DNA from: Dimorphilus gyrociliatus
Taxonomy: Eukaryota; Animalia; Annelida
Assembly: GCA_904063045.1 (NCBI GenBank)
Contig: CAJFCJ010000038.1
Location: 1 to 35,863 of the forward strand
Direction: 5' to 3'
Length of the DNA: 35,863 nucleotides
Shown here: one piece after another, positions 1 through 11,605 of the stretch
Layout of the letters: each line of letters starts with the position of its first letter
How positions within the stretch are numbered: the first letter of the stretch is position 1
Position numbers and translations under genes: made by a program
Notes under the pieces: model-generated
Told to the model about the DNA's origin: nothing
The model's input: only the letters and a program-made list of their open reading frames with translations
Databases searched by the model: none

Positions 1-591
1 ATTTTATGCAACTATACATGTACATCTTAAAACCTATGCAAGAAAATGCTATAACATTGGCCAAACATAAGTCTTATTAGTCAGCTTGAAGGCTCATCTT
101 TAATTACCAATAAAGGTTTGGCCAAGTTATAATTTAATTAACTTGCCTAGGGTGTCGCCAAGTTATAATTCAATTAACCTTCCTAAATGTTCAACCTTGT
201 AACATCCTCTTACTAAAGATAAATATGAACTACACATTTTGGCAACTGTAAAGTGATGATTGGATGTCAGAGGCAAACCTCAAAGTATATAAATCCTCAC
301 TATTCACATTTGGCCTGCAGCTTCCATCTGGACCAAGGACCTGGGAAAATCATCTGGAAACAACCTCCACTGGAACCATCCATCTACTCCTCAACATTGG
401 AAGACAGTTTGGTAATTTGGCAACCTGCTTTTATGACTATCTACTCTGCCATCAAACTCTCATATTGTTACTTGCTTAAGTATTATATTGCTAATAAACT
501 GTTTTAATTTAAACATTTGTTTAAAGGTTCAAGTAGAACCAGTATTGTTATAACTTGCAAACACACAGATTTTGCCAGCAAGAGCAGTACA
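1..591 (+). mobile_element. Ty3/gypsy 5' LTR (family A), left copy; about 40 bp of its 5' end lie before the window start
   Basis: Reverse complement of 8267-8862 (about 90% identical by eye). Ends ...GCAGTACA at 591, followed by AATT and a PBS. Contains TATATAAA (286-293), AATAAA (493-498) and a duplicated GCCAAGTTATAATT(T/C)AATTAAC motif (~121-180). Confidence 0.85.
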
Positions 592-595
592 AATT

Positions 596-613
596 TGGTG
601 CAGTTGACAGGAT
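596..613 (+). promoter_or_regulatory. Primer binding site, tRNA-Ser-like (TGGTGCAGTTGACAGGAT)
   Basis: TGG start 4 nt after the LTR end. The other copy reads TGGCACAGTTGACAGGAT, implying ancestral TGGCGCAGT..., similar to the complement of the tRNA-Ser 3' end (TGGCG(C/T)AGTCGG(C/T)AGGAT). Confidence 0.7.
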
Positions 614-651
614 AATATTTTGGTTTATTCAAAAGTTTAGAGAAAGTAAAT

Positions 652-2371
652 ATGGCAGAAGGAGGAAATGGAAATGCCACTGGGGCAGTTACAGACTCTA
701 ACCCTTCAACCCCAGCAACTCCTGTTTTAAAATATCTATGAGCATATAAAATGAGCCTTCTGCAGGAGTCTTTTCATATATTCTTATGTGCCATCCTTCA
801 CAATTCAGCCAGCAGGAATGTCAGAAAGGCAACAAAGACTAATTGAAGACTATGATAGATTGGTGAGTGAAATGAAAAGAAATTGAATCACAATTCCAAC
901 AGATCATGGAGATGGAACACATCACCCAGCACAGAACCCAAATGTTGATATCACAACAGTAATTCAAGCATTAAGGGCTGCTTGGGACCGCCCTCAAAGA
1001 ACTATTCTCAAGTTGTATGATGGAAGCAAGGAGTGTTCAAAATTCAAAGAAGACTTTAATCAGGCATGTTATGCTTATGGTTGGATAGGAGAAGATGTTG
1101 TGAAAGCAAATCTTTTAGATTATTTAACTGGTCCTGCAAAGGATTTGGTGTTGGCTCTGGATGGAGAGACTACTGTGGAGGAAATATGGAAAGCCCTCCA
1201 TGACGAATTTGATCTGGATCCTTTGGAGTATCAAGAGAAATTGCTTAACTTAAAGCAAATGAATGGCAAAAGTGTGGTTCAGTTTGTTAATAGAGCAAAG
1301 AAATTGATAAAGAGGTTTTCTCCACCTAGACCAATGGAACCACAATTGCTTGCAACTATGAAAGAAATAAAACTGATGGAAGTTTTACAAAGAGGATTAC
1401 AACAGGATATTCTACATTTGATGTACACCTTACATCCTAAATGTCAAACATTGGCAGAACTATATGAGGCTGCTAAGCAAGCAGAAACTCTATTAAAACT
1501 AACTCAAAGAAAACCAATCACAATGGTGTCAAAATTGGAAACTCAACAAAGAAAAGAGACCAAAAAGATCCAGGTAATCAAAAAAGATACTTCTACAGAA
1601 ACCCCAAATTTTTGGAATAGAAAGCATGTACCTGACAACAAAAATGCTACTAAAGAAAAGTTTTCAAGCCAAAAAGTCCAAAAGTATGCACCAACTCCCA
1701 CAAACAGGTATTATAAGAAAAATCAACCAGCAAAGATGATACTGAAAGAGGAACCTAAGCTACAAAAATTAGAAACATTAGACAATGAAAACATGTCAGA
1801 AAATGACAAAGTTCAAGATATTCTCTGTTTTTCAGATAGTGACAAATCCACTTGTCAGCTGTTACAAAGCAAACAATCTGAGCGAAATGCTTCAACATTT
1901 ATTGGACAATTTGAAACTAATACTGGTTTTAAGTTTGATGCCTTGATAGACTCTGGTAGTGATAGATCTTTCATTTCAAAAAAGGTATTAAGACAAGTTC
2001 AAGGAAAAGCATCCTTCCCAGAACAAACTGTGAAAAATGCTAGAGATGCTTCAGGAAATAGCATAGAGATATGTGGAGAAATCATTCTCAGACTTTATTT
2101 TAATGGAAAGATTATTAAACAATGCTTTCTGATCAACAAAATCATTACACAACAATGTATTATTGGGTGTGACTTTCTACAACAAAATGGAGCTACCCTT
2201 GACTTTGGCAAGAGAGAGATTATACTCCAGCCAGGTACAGAAAAAAATTACCCTATTGGAACACAACACTTATCTTTCAAAGGATTTTACCCAGTTCCTC
2301 TTATTATGAAAAAAATGAGAGTCAAATACATACCCTTCAGACAACAATTGAACAAGAAAATCCCAAGATGA
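652..2371 (+). pseudogene. gag: Gypsy gag-protease, disrupted
   Basis: Starts MAEGGNGNA at 652. Broken by a ~70-nt insert (724-797) and an in-frame TGA near 884. Continues ...RTILKLYDG.. (retrotransposon gag) and the aspartic protease motif ALIDSGSDRSFIS, then IIGCDFL. Frameshift near 2340. Confidence 0.85.
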
Positions 2372-2453
2372 AGGACAAAGTTACCCAAATTCTGGTGAAA
2401 TATAAAGAAACTATTGCAGAAGACTTGATATTGGCAGTCCAGAGGTACCACCC

Positions 2454-3630
2454 TTGGAAATAACTCTTGAACCAGGTTCAACACCATATAGACAAAGGCC
2501 ATATAGAATGCCTCCTCAAAAACAAGAAGAATGTAAGCAACAGATAGCTGAATTGGTAAAAAGCAAACTTATTCAACCAAGCAATAGCAATTGGGCTTCA
2601 CCAATTGTTTTCATAAGAAAGAAGGAAGGTAGTCTATGAATGTGTGTAGATTATAGAAAACTAAACAAAATGACAGTTAAAAACAAGTATCCACTGCCAA
2701 ATCAAGCTGATCTTTTTGACCATTTGGGAGGAGGAAATAAATTCTTTTCTACAATGGATTTGACAAGTGCATACCACCACATTAACATCAAGAAAGATAG
2801 GTCTAAAACAGCATTTATTACACGTTTTGGCTTGTTTGAATTTATCAAGATGCCTTTTGGATTAACGAATGCCCCTCCTCATTTTAGTTATGTAATGAAT
2901 TCATTTGTGCTAAAGGATGTAAAGCATTTGTGCCTAAACTACCTCGATGACATAATAATATTTACCAAGTCGCTGGACCAACATTGGGAAGCATTGGAGA
3001 CCATTCTTCAACAGATTTAAAAGTACAATTTTAAGATTAAACTAAGTAAATGTGTGTTTTTGAAAGAAAAAGTTCAATTCTTGGGACACATTGTATCAGA
3101 AAAGGGGATTGAAACAGATAAGTCCAAGACAGATAAATTATATAATTTACAGCCACCAGTGTTTGCAAATTCACTACTAAGCTTTGTTGCATTTTGTGGC
3201 TATTACAGAAAATTTATACAAGATTTTGCAAGAGTAGCTAAACCTCTGTATATGTTAATGAAACTACATGGGAAAAAGGATAAATTGCAAAGGACTGAGG
3301 AAGCCAAGCAATCATTTTTCAAATTGAGAGATGCAGTAGTTAACCCTCCTGTATTACAACTACCTGATTTTGCTAAAGATTTTCACTTAACAACAGATGC
3401 ATTGAATGTAGCTGTAGGAGGAGTTCTTGAACAAGTTTATGTAGATGAGAATGGGAAGAAAACAATGAAACCCATTGCCTATGCTTCAAAACAATTCAAC
3501 AATAATCAAATGAAATATGCAGCCTATCAAAAGGAAGCATTTGGTGTTTACTGGGTTGTAAAGAAATTTTTTTACATGAAATTGACAGAATATATGCAGA
3601 AATTGATAATGATGCAATGCGCAACAAAAT
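2454..3630 (+). pseudogene. pol: Gypsy reverse transcriptase and RNase H; in-frame stops, truncated before integrase
   Basis: Motifs PYRQRPYRMP, WASPIV, MCVDYRKLN, YPLP, DLTSAYHHI, KTAF, MPFGLTNAP, YLDDIII, FLGH, TDALNVAVGGVL, IAYASK. Stops at 2637-2639 (TGA where CGA/Arg is expected) and 3018-3020. No integrase, PPT or 3' LTR follows. Confidence 0.93.
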
Positions 3631-3631
3631 A

Positions 3632-4500
3632 TTCTGATATTTAAAAGTCTTTTCAGACTTAAAAAATAAATAAGTGGAACAAAAACTGATAATAACACCA
3701 AATATATCAAAAATCCAAAAAACAACAATAATAATATTTAAATTTAAAAGATTTTGACAATTGTATAAAATTTTAAATTTAAATTTACATATGACATCAC
3801 TACTCAATATTTTCCGTACATAGCAGCAATAATGAAAATAATCAGTATGAATAATGTGAATGGTCTTTAAACCATGAATTAATTGAATAAAATTCTCAAT
3901 TTTAAAGAAACTGTTTTGAATTGAGAGATATTTCAAATTGTTTAAAGAATTTATTGATGTTGGATTTGAAATTGATTTTACATGGCAATTGTTAATTTTT
4001 AATATTTCTAAATATTTTATATTTTTAAAAATCATAAATGAAAATTGTGTTAAGTTTGTTGAACTTGAATCTAAATATTTAAAATTTTTACATTTTATTG
4101 CATTTAAAAATGATATTGAATTTATCATTGTTTTTGTTTTGTTAAACTTTGTAATAAGTTTAAACTTGATGTGAAAACTTTATCACTTTCTATTTTTGTA
4201 TTTTTTATATACAAATATACTAAATTTGGATGTAATCTTGAAATTGATATATTTAAGTATAAACTACTTTCAATATGTAAATAACATAGGCTATTTGAAA
4301 ATTGATTGCTTTTTAATTGAATTTTACCAGGCATTTTTATTTCAGTTGGTATTGAAAATACCAATTGTATAATTTGTAATTGGCAATTTAATTCATCACT
4401 TCCCTCTATACAATTTATTGAATTATTTCCTTCTTTTTGCTGTTCATCTTCATTTGAAAAACAATCATTGCTTCTGTCATCAAATATTTCATATTTTGAT
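3632..4500 (-). pseudogene. GRL101-type (LDLa + LRR + 7TM) GPCR relic, truncated after TM1
   Basis: Minus strand gives LDLa-like DC..NEDE and NCIEGSDELNC (~4380-4490), LRRs (LEILKINN, LKYLSIQN), the hinge HTDYFHYCCY...C...CQNLL, then hydrophobic TM1. Frameshift near 4125-4130; abuts gypsy RNase H at ~3630. Confidence 0.65.
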
Positions 4501-5361
4501 CATAAAGTAATTGTCAACTATTTTTCAGTAATACAATTCAGAGCACAATTGAAGAAGCTGTTTAGCTGTAATTTCACCCTTTTTAAAATTTTCCCAAATT
4601 GAGAAAAGATCACTTTGAATTTGGGTATAAATTTTACTTTGAAGTCCTACTATTTTTCTCTCACTTAATAGCTTTTTGTAGAGATTAATCAGATCTGCCT
4701 CCCTCTTCAATTCATCAATGACCAAATAGAAAGAAACATTTTCTCCAATAATTTTGTTAAGCCTGTGATGGTAACCTTCCAGATCATTATTAGTCCTGAT
4801 ACTTTGATCAAAAAGTGACCAAGTCTCTGGAGGCCAAAATTGAACTTTTTATCCATGTATTACAAACATATTCCAGCAAATCTGCAAGCTTACTTTCTTT
4901 TGCCAGTTCATTTTGAATTTTCATGAATTCATTTTCAATCATACTATATGGCAAATATGGCAAAGCCATTATCATTTTCATGGATTCCCAAGCTCCCTCT
5001 TTTTTTCTAAATTCGGTGCTGTAACCAAGATCCTGAAACAAAACATTTGATGATTTAAATATTAAATATTCTTAGAAATTAATGAACCTGAAGTTTTCTG
5101 AATATTGCTTGACACCAGTGAAATGAACATCCTGTCAAGACAGTGTCAGGCCATTCATTTTATAATGTTTTCCAAACAGCCTTTTCATAATCTAAGACTA
5201 TTTTCCTGGGAGAGCAATTTCCTGCCAAGTCTTTTACAGCCTTAAAGAGTTTATATTGATACTTATCAATAAATATATTTATGGAATTGAATTCTTACCT
5301 GGAAAAGTAGTTTATAAGCTCTTTTCTTTTTAGAGGAGAGAAAAGAAAAAAGCAATGGAAC

Positions 5362-6295
5362 TGTACTTTGTTGTATTGTAATTGTAGGAATTTCTGGTTT
5401 GTCACAACTGTAATCGTCCTTTCCAATCATTTACCAATTTGCCAAAGTACTCAAACAAATAGAACCTTTAAAGTTCGTCCACAAGTAGTTCAACAAATAT
5501 AATTTCGATAGAAATTAATCAACAAAACACGAGTATTTCATCCAAAGAATATGTATTGAGTAAAATGAGTTTCTAGTTCTAAACAAGCTAGTTTAAGCAG
5601 CTAGCTGACAGTTAGAAAAGTGAACTATTAACTATTAATTTTGTAGGGTTTATATACTCTTTTAAAGGTTGATAGTTCACAAATTTCAATGTTCATGAAA
5701 ACAAAAGTAACATTTTAAGACAAAGAAAAGTTGTAAATGTGGTCATGTTTTTATTGTTTTCCTCTTCTAAATAATAGTTGAATTTCGAAGGTTGGAGAGT
5801 TGCATAAGATGTAACAATTTTAGTAGGACAAGTCCAACAATCAAGAAAACATGTAGATTCTATATTTGACCATTTTTATATTCTACATTAACAATTATAT
5901 TCAATTCATTGAGTTAGTAATTTTAGCATCAGCATATAAGGAGGAAGTATATTTGATTAATGCATGTTAAGTAGAACAGTATTGTATACACAATACTGTT
6001 GGATAGTGAATATAATCTAAACTTAGAATTTTAGCATATTTGATAAATAATTGAACTAGTTTTAGTTCAAAATCATAAATTTATGGATTAATAAATTGTA
6101 ATATTAATGCTAGGTTGCAAATAGCAATATTCTTTATATAATTTAATAGGTTTTATTGCTGCATAATGTGTATGCACTGTCCTATGCGAAACTAGGTCAC
6201 AACTGCTTATCTTTATCAGTGCTATCTACATAGTACAATACTGGTTCAATACTACTTCTCTATTGTAGTGTATAGCTGACAAATATATGTGTACA
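5362..6295. mobile_element. Solo LTR (family B, 934 bp) inserted in the MULE transposase
   Basis: Termini TGTAC...GTACA. Perfect 5-bp TSD GGAAC at 5357-5361 and 6296-6300. Removing it restores CAA GTT CCA TTG (QVPL) in the transposase. Confidence 0.88.
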
Positions 6296-7961
6296 GGAAC
6301 TTGTTTAAGCTGTCCATTTTTTTTCAAAAATGCATGAATAGAGTACATTTGAACAAAAGGTTCATTGGCAATTTTAAAAGTACCATCAAGGTACCAAATT
6401 TTACCCTTTGACAATATCATCCAACTGATGATTTGTTGCAAAGATAATGATCCTCTCATTATTCATATTTATATCCTTCTTTAGAAATTCAGAAGGAATG
6501 AATGTCATATTCAGTTCAAAGTTTTTATCATTGGGTACAATAGGTCTGTTCTTTCTTCTATTCCAATTTGCCACTTCCTTACAATTCCCTATATTTGGTA
6601 AGTTTGAGTTTGTTGAATATTTGACCAATTCACTTTCAGCAATTCTTTTGCCAGATAAATTTCTATCAGTTGAACTAGCTTCTTTGATTTCTTTTCTTAT
6701 GGAAATCCTTGTTTCTAAGTTTTTTATTGGTGAATGGTTATGTAGGTTTTTTCCAATTACAAGGTTTGTTCCTCTTTCATTGATGCTTGCTGTACATTTT
6801 CTCTTTTTATTTCTGACAGAACAGGTCCATACTGTAGTTGTTTTTGTTTTTAATTTTATATTATAGGAATACTCTTTGTGTAAAAGTAAATCTTTTCCTT
6901 TTTGACTTCCATTTTGTAGAATTTTAAAATGAATATCATTAAAAGAATTTTCTTTAACAGATGTTTCACTTTCAAAAGATTCTTCCTCAATTTGTTCAGA
7001 TGCTATATTTGAATTTTGATTTGTTTGAACATGATCAACTTCAATTTCATTATTAAATTCAAAATCACTTCCATTTATGATATTTTCCAAATTACCAATT
7101 TCTTCATTTTTCATTGCCTTTGGATTGTCATCATGACTGTCATTGGTACTCCATGATAAGGATAATCTCAACTCATCTGTGAACTCTTCAGTAGTACTTT
7201 GTTGTTCTTGATTATTCTCTCTTTTCTCCTCAATATTCTTTTCCAGAATTCTTTCTTCTTCCTCTTTCAGTTTTACCATAAAATTGATGTTTTTTACTTC
7301 ACTTACTGCACTTTCCACATGTTTTTCTGGCTCATCAACTCTCTTTATCATCACCAAACAAGTTCCTTTTGATATTTTAAAACAACTTAAGCAGAGTGGT
7401 GACTGTTGCTGAATCTTGAAAAAGATAAATAATATATAGGTTTCAAAAAACATAATACAAACCTTTCAAACATTTTATATGACAAAGGTGGGAGCACCAA
7501 GAGCGTTTTCCTTTAATTTGCTTACCAACAAATTTTTGATTGCAAAGAGAGCAATTTTCCATCACTAATTATTGTTTATAAAATACTGAGAAAAAGGAAC
7601 TGCAAAATTATTACAAACAAGTCATTGATTATCCATGTGGAATATGGTATTTTGAGAAAAACATTCAAAAATATTCACAAAATGTTCAATATTGTTATAT
7701 TTATGTTATGGGAAATTATTAATTAATTAATCAGTCAGTTTTGTTATCACAACAATTAAAAAGAACAATACAAACTTGAAAAATTAAAAATTCACATTAC
7801 CTCAAGTGAGTGAAAATAGAAAAGGAAGTTGACAGTTCATAACTGTTTTCCTGGAGATTTCCTAACAAATACCAGTTTCTGTCAAAAAAATATTTATTTC
7901 TTACAATTTTTTTATTATTAATATCTGTCTATTTAATTTTTATTTAAATTAATTTTTTTAT

Positions 7962-8043
7962 TCATGTACATTTTCTGTCAGTTTATGGATGTTTTCTGTC
8001 AGTTCATGGACATTTTCTGTCATGGACGTTTTCTGTCTCATCT
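7962..8043 (-). repeat. MULE terminal/subterminal tandem repeats (about 4 x GACAGAAAA(C/T)(G/A)T(C/A)CAT, 17-21 bp spacing)
   Basis: Seen directly; same core as the MITE TIRs at 24946 and 29254. Confidence 0.8.
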
Positions 8044-8206
8044 GAATTCTTTTCATTTCACTCACCAATCTATCATAGTCTTCAATTAGTCTTTGTTGCC
8101 TTTTTGACATTTCTGCTGGTTGAATTATAATTGTTGGGGTTGTAGGGGTTGAAGGATTAGAGTCTGTAACTGCCCCATTGGCATTTCCATTTCCTCCTTC
8201 TGCCAT
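8044..8206 (-). pseudogene. gag: Gypsy gag N-terminus (right copy), cut by the MULE TIR
   Basis: MAEGGNGNANGAVTDSNPSTPTTPTIIIQPAEMSKRQQRLIEDYDRLVSEMKR matches 652-885. Homology stops at 8044, where the MULE TIR starts. Confidence 0.85.
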
Positions 8207-8244
8207 ATTTACTTTCTCTAAACTTTTGAATAAACCAAAATATT

Positions 8245-8262
8245 ATCCTGTCAACTGTGCCA
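8245..8262 (-). promoter_or_regulatory. Primer binding site, tRNA-Ser-like (right copy)
   Basis: TGGCACAGTTGACAGGAT, 4 nt after the LTR end. Confidence 0.7.
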
Positions 8263-8266
8263 AATT

Positions 8267-8902
8267 TGTACTGCTCTAGCTGCCAAAATCTATGCATTTG
8301 CAAGTTTTAACAATACTGGTTCTACTCGAACCTTTTAAACAAATGTTTAAAATCAAAACAGTTTATTCACAATAATAATACTTAAGCAAGTAACAATATG
8401 AGAGTTCAATAGCAGAGTAGATTATTTGTAATAGCTGGTTGCCAAATTACCAAACTGTCTTCCAATGTTGAAGAGTAGATGGATGGTTCCAGTGGAGGTT
8501 ATTTCAGGTGATCTTCCCAGGTCCTTGGGTCCAGATGGAAGCTGTGTGTAGAATGAGAATAGTGACGATTTATATACTCTGAGGTTTGCCTCTGACATCC
8601 AATCATCACTTTATAGTTGCTGAAATGTGTAGTTCATATTTATCTTTAGTAACAGGATGTTACAAGGTTGAACATTTAGGAAGGTTAATTGAATTATAAC
8701 TTGGCCAGACCATAGGCAAGTTAATTAAATTATAACTTGGCCAAACCTTTATTGGTAATTAAAGATAAGCCTTCAAGCTGACAAATCAGACTTATGTTTG
8801 GCCAATGTTATAGCATTTTCTTGCATAGGTTTTAAGATGTACATGTATAAGTTGCATAAAATAATAGAGTTCAAGCATGTAAAATATAACCAAAGTTGTA
8901 CA
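8267..8902 (-). mobile_element. Ty3/gypsy LTR family A, complete 636-bp copy
   Basis: Minus strand starts TGTACAAC (8902) and ends GCAGTACA (8267), giving a 5-bp terminal inverted repeat. Followed by PBS and gag. Confidence 0.85.
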
Positions 8903-9109
8903 TTAGGGTTTTTCTTTTTTCTTTTTTATGTTCCTGTGGTGAAGGGTATATGAATGGTAGAAATGTTCGAATTAGCATTTAAACATGATGAAGCCTTGGC
9001 TAAAGGGAAAATATTGTTTTTATTTGTGACTTTAAATAAAAAATTCTTTCAAAGGAAAAAAATACTTGTTATGCATATATTCTAATTGACATTAGTGAAC
9101 TTAGTATAC

Positions 9110-9380
9110 CTGACCGGAGTGAGCCCCTACCTAACACAGAAATGGACTTGTACATTGAGACAGTCAAACCAACAAGGGGACTAAGCAGTACCCAGTCCAG
9201 TGTTCGTCAGGAACCAGCACTTAACCAATACAAGCACAGGAACACCTAAGTGGAGCTTAAATCATTAATAACAGTGCTGTGAGTGGCCTAAACCAAACAT
9301 CAAGCCCAACCTAACCCTAAGCAATTAGGGGGTTACCAATCTGTACTAATCCCTAACACTTAAGACCTAACCCTTTTTAC
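9110..9380. repeat. GC-richer island with CCTAAC/CCCTAA motifs; probable non-autonomous TE relic
   Basis: Several cctaac(c)/ccctaa motifs and higher GC than the flanks. No TIR or TSD recognised. Confidence 0.3.
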
Positions 9381-9499
9381 CAGATATAATTGCAAATATA
9401 TTTCTTCCATTCTAATAACAAACATCAATTAAACATCAAAATATTAAAAAGAATGAGGAATTTCACAATTTGGGTAACAGTTATCTCCCTTTAAATTAT

Positions 9500-10200
9500 T
9501 AAATCAATTGTATTAAAATATATCCAACTTCTTCAACATATCACCTCCTTACTTTATATCTAGTTACACTTGCACAATTTGACTGCTTCCCAAAATTGAC
9601 TGGGACTCTTGAAATGTGAAAATTCTGTTACTCTTTTTTGATTTAGTCAAAAAAAACCTTTCCAAACCTTTTTAGGATTAGTGTTAGCTATTGTTTGAAT
9701 TACATAGACTAAAGAAAGTAGAATTATATTTGTCTAATTCTCATTGTGACAATGATTAAATGCCTTTGTGGAAAGAAATAATCTGGAATGTTGTTAGTTA
9801 GTAATTGACAAAGAAACTAAAAGATACTTGAATTTAAACACTATTGTATCTCTCTTTGAAACAGATCAAACACAGAAACATATAGCTTACTTTTGTTTTG
9901 TTGCAGCTTTTTTTTCAAGGTTTCCTTTTAATGCAGTCTATAGAAGGTAACTTAGATAGAACTTTTTTTTTTGTTTTGCAGTTTGTTGAGGAGGAATTTT
10001 GTTTTTGTGATCCTTCTTGTGCTGTAAATTTTTGTTGAGTGATGATGTTTACCTTTCTTCCAGTTTTACTTTGTTCTTTTTAAAAGCTTCTTTAGATTTT
10101 ACCATAATTTCATTTGTAATCAAATGTTGAACAATATCTCTCAAAGGAGATATCTTTCCAGTCTGAACTGTACCATGAAAAGGATCTCCTTCTATGATGG
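9500..10200 (-). pseudogene. Possible non-LTR (LINE) ORF2 relic
   Basis: Lys-rich frames with many stops; includes an N.NNPKKVWK-like segment (~9655-9695) typical of the endonuclease-RT linker. Confidence 0.3.
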
Positions 10201-10210
10201 TATTAATATC

Positions 10211-10414
10211 TGTGCACTTAGATATAATGATATATCAATATTTAGACATTAGATATAAAAGTACATTAGAAAGACTTATATTTCATAGGAATTATAATGC
10301 TGAAACTTTAGAAAGAACTCTATTTTGTAGGAAATAGACTCTTTGACCATAACAGATGGTGGCTACGTGGGAATTGACAAAGGAACAAAGAATATGGAAA
10401 AGATGCATGTCACA
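10211..10414 (+). repeat. Dispersed repeat family C (LTR-like TGT...ACA), copy 1
   Basis: Starts TGTGCACTTAGATATAATGATATA and contains GGGAATT(G/A)ACAAAGGAACAAAGAA.ATGGAAAA.ATGCA.GTC. Homologous to 19961, 21629 and 23683. Confidence 0.75.
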
Positions 10415-10521
10415 GTTGTTTCATCTTATTCAATACCTTTATTTGGACCAGTATTTTGGCCTATTACTGAATGAGCAGTAAAGAAGACCACAATTGGGGT
10501 GAGAACAAAATTCTTAAAATT

Positions 10522-10614
10522 ATGCTTATCTCTATCAGTGCTATCTGCTCGGTACAATATTGGTTCTATACAACTTATCTATTGTGGAATATAACAGATG
10601 AATGTATGTGTACA
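10522..10614. repeat. LTR family B terminal fragment
   Basis: Matches ~6203-6295 (GCTTATCT.TATCAGTGCTATCT...GTACAATA.TGGTTC...TGTGTACA). Confidence 0.75.
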
Positions 10615-10949
10615 ACAATGCTGAAAAGTAATGTGTATGTGGTCTGCACCCTTTCATAATGTGTAACAGTTTCTGTAACATTCATTTTAAGTATTGAATG
10701 GCAGAAATTGGAACTGGTCAAAAGGAATCATGTTGATGAATGAGATTCAAGACCTAACAAAAACATTAAAAAGAGTAGAAGAATTGGTTGAGTGCTTTGG
10801 AAAGTTATTGTTTAAAAGAGGATTTTTACAATTTTAAATATTGCAATAGTGAAGTAAACTGGAAGAAAAAGAATTAAGGTTTACTGAGTTATCAGATAAA
10901 ATGGTTGATTGTTATCTAGATGGCCTAATCTTGTAAAATGGTAATGGAT

Positions 10950-11500
10950 TAGAATTAATAACATATTTCTGAATGAATTCTTTTTATAATAAAGACATTT
11001 GTCTAGCTTTTATGAAAAATAGTTGTGTCTGCATGATTAAGTTATTCAAACAAGAAATAAGAATATTATTCATATAAGTAGGCCAAATTATCCAACACAA
11101 TTTCTATTTTTGTATTTTAAGCTCAGTTTAAAAATATGTCTTCTCTCTGTAATTGCATTTCAAGCAGACATTTTAGAAAATAGATCATTCTCAATGTCTC
11201 AGAAGAATATTCTAATCCTTTAATCAAGAATTGTCCCAATATCTGTGCTTCATCTGGTGTAAAATTACAAGAATCACAATTTATATATTCCAAGGTGGTA
11301 TATTTGTAATTGTTATGTTTTGTACATCTATCAGGCTAATATTGTTTAAGAGAGACAGCAGCTTAACTGTGTTAGTGAATTGACTGAAATCAGAATCATT
11401 TTTGAATTTTAAACCATTCAAGTTTAACACTTTTATAGAATGAAAGAAATGGGCTAGGAACAATGATGCACTGAAATCAGAATCTATGGCTGGGTAAAAC
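10950..11500 (-). pseudogene. RI-like leucine-rich-repeat gene relic
   Basis: IKVLNLNGLKF and, after a frameshift, CDSCNFTPDEAQILGQFL; multiple stops. Confidence 0.4.
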
Positions 11501-11605
11501 TACAAAACTGTGAATATAATTCCAAGACATAGTAGCAGCTACTTTCATTCATAAATTACCAGCCATTTTAACCATTTAGGATAAGTTAACAAAACCTTTT
11601 TAGAT

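Larger units (their letters stand above)
4525..8043 (-). mobile_element. Mutator-like (MULE) element with PHD-FLYWCH-DDE transposase pseudogene; 5' TIR present, 3' TIR absent
   Basis: ATG at 7562 (MENCSLC..CSHLCHIKC..CLSC, PHD-like). FLYWCH-like segment (KGKDLLLHKEYSY..WTC..C..HNH), WYLDGTFK, QVPLLF, DYEKA..GCSFHWCQAI, ALPYLP, RTNNDLEGYH. Introns include 5087-5033 and one near 5240-5297. Frameshifts near 6420 and 4830. TIR AGATGAGACAGAAAACGTCC begins at 8043. Confidence 0.88.

Noticed and set aside
7958-8206. 82-aa ORF as a real gene
   Set aside because: It is a chimera of the gag N-terminus and the MULE subterminal repeats (TENVHEL units).
1-8902. DIRS-type retroelement (inverted terminal repeats)
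   Set aside because: The RT, protease and RNase H are Ty3/gypsy type, there is no tyrosine recombinase, and each arm is a normal LTR + PBS + gag start from a separate copy.
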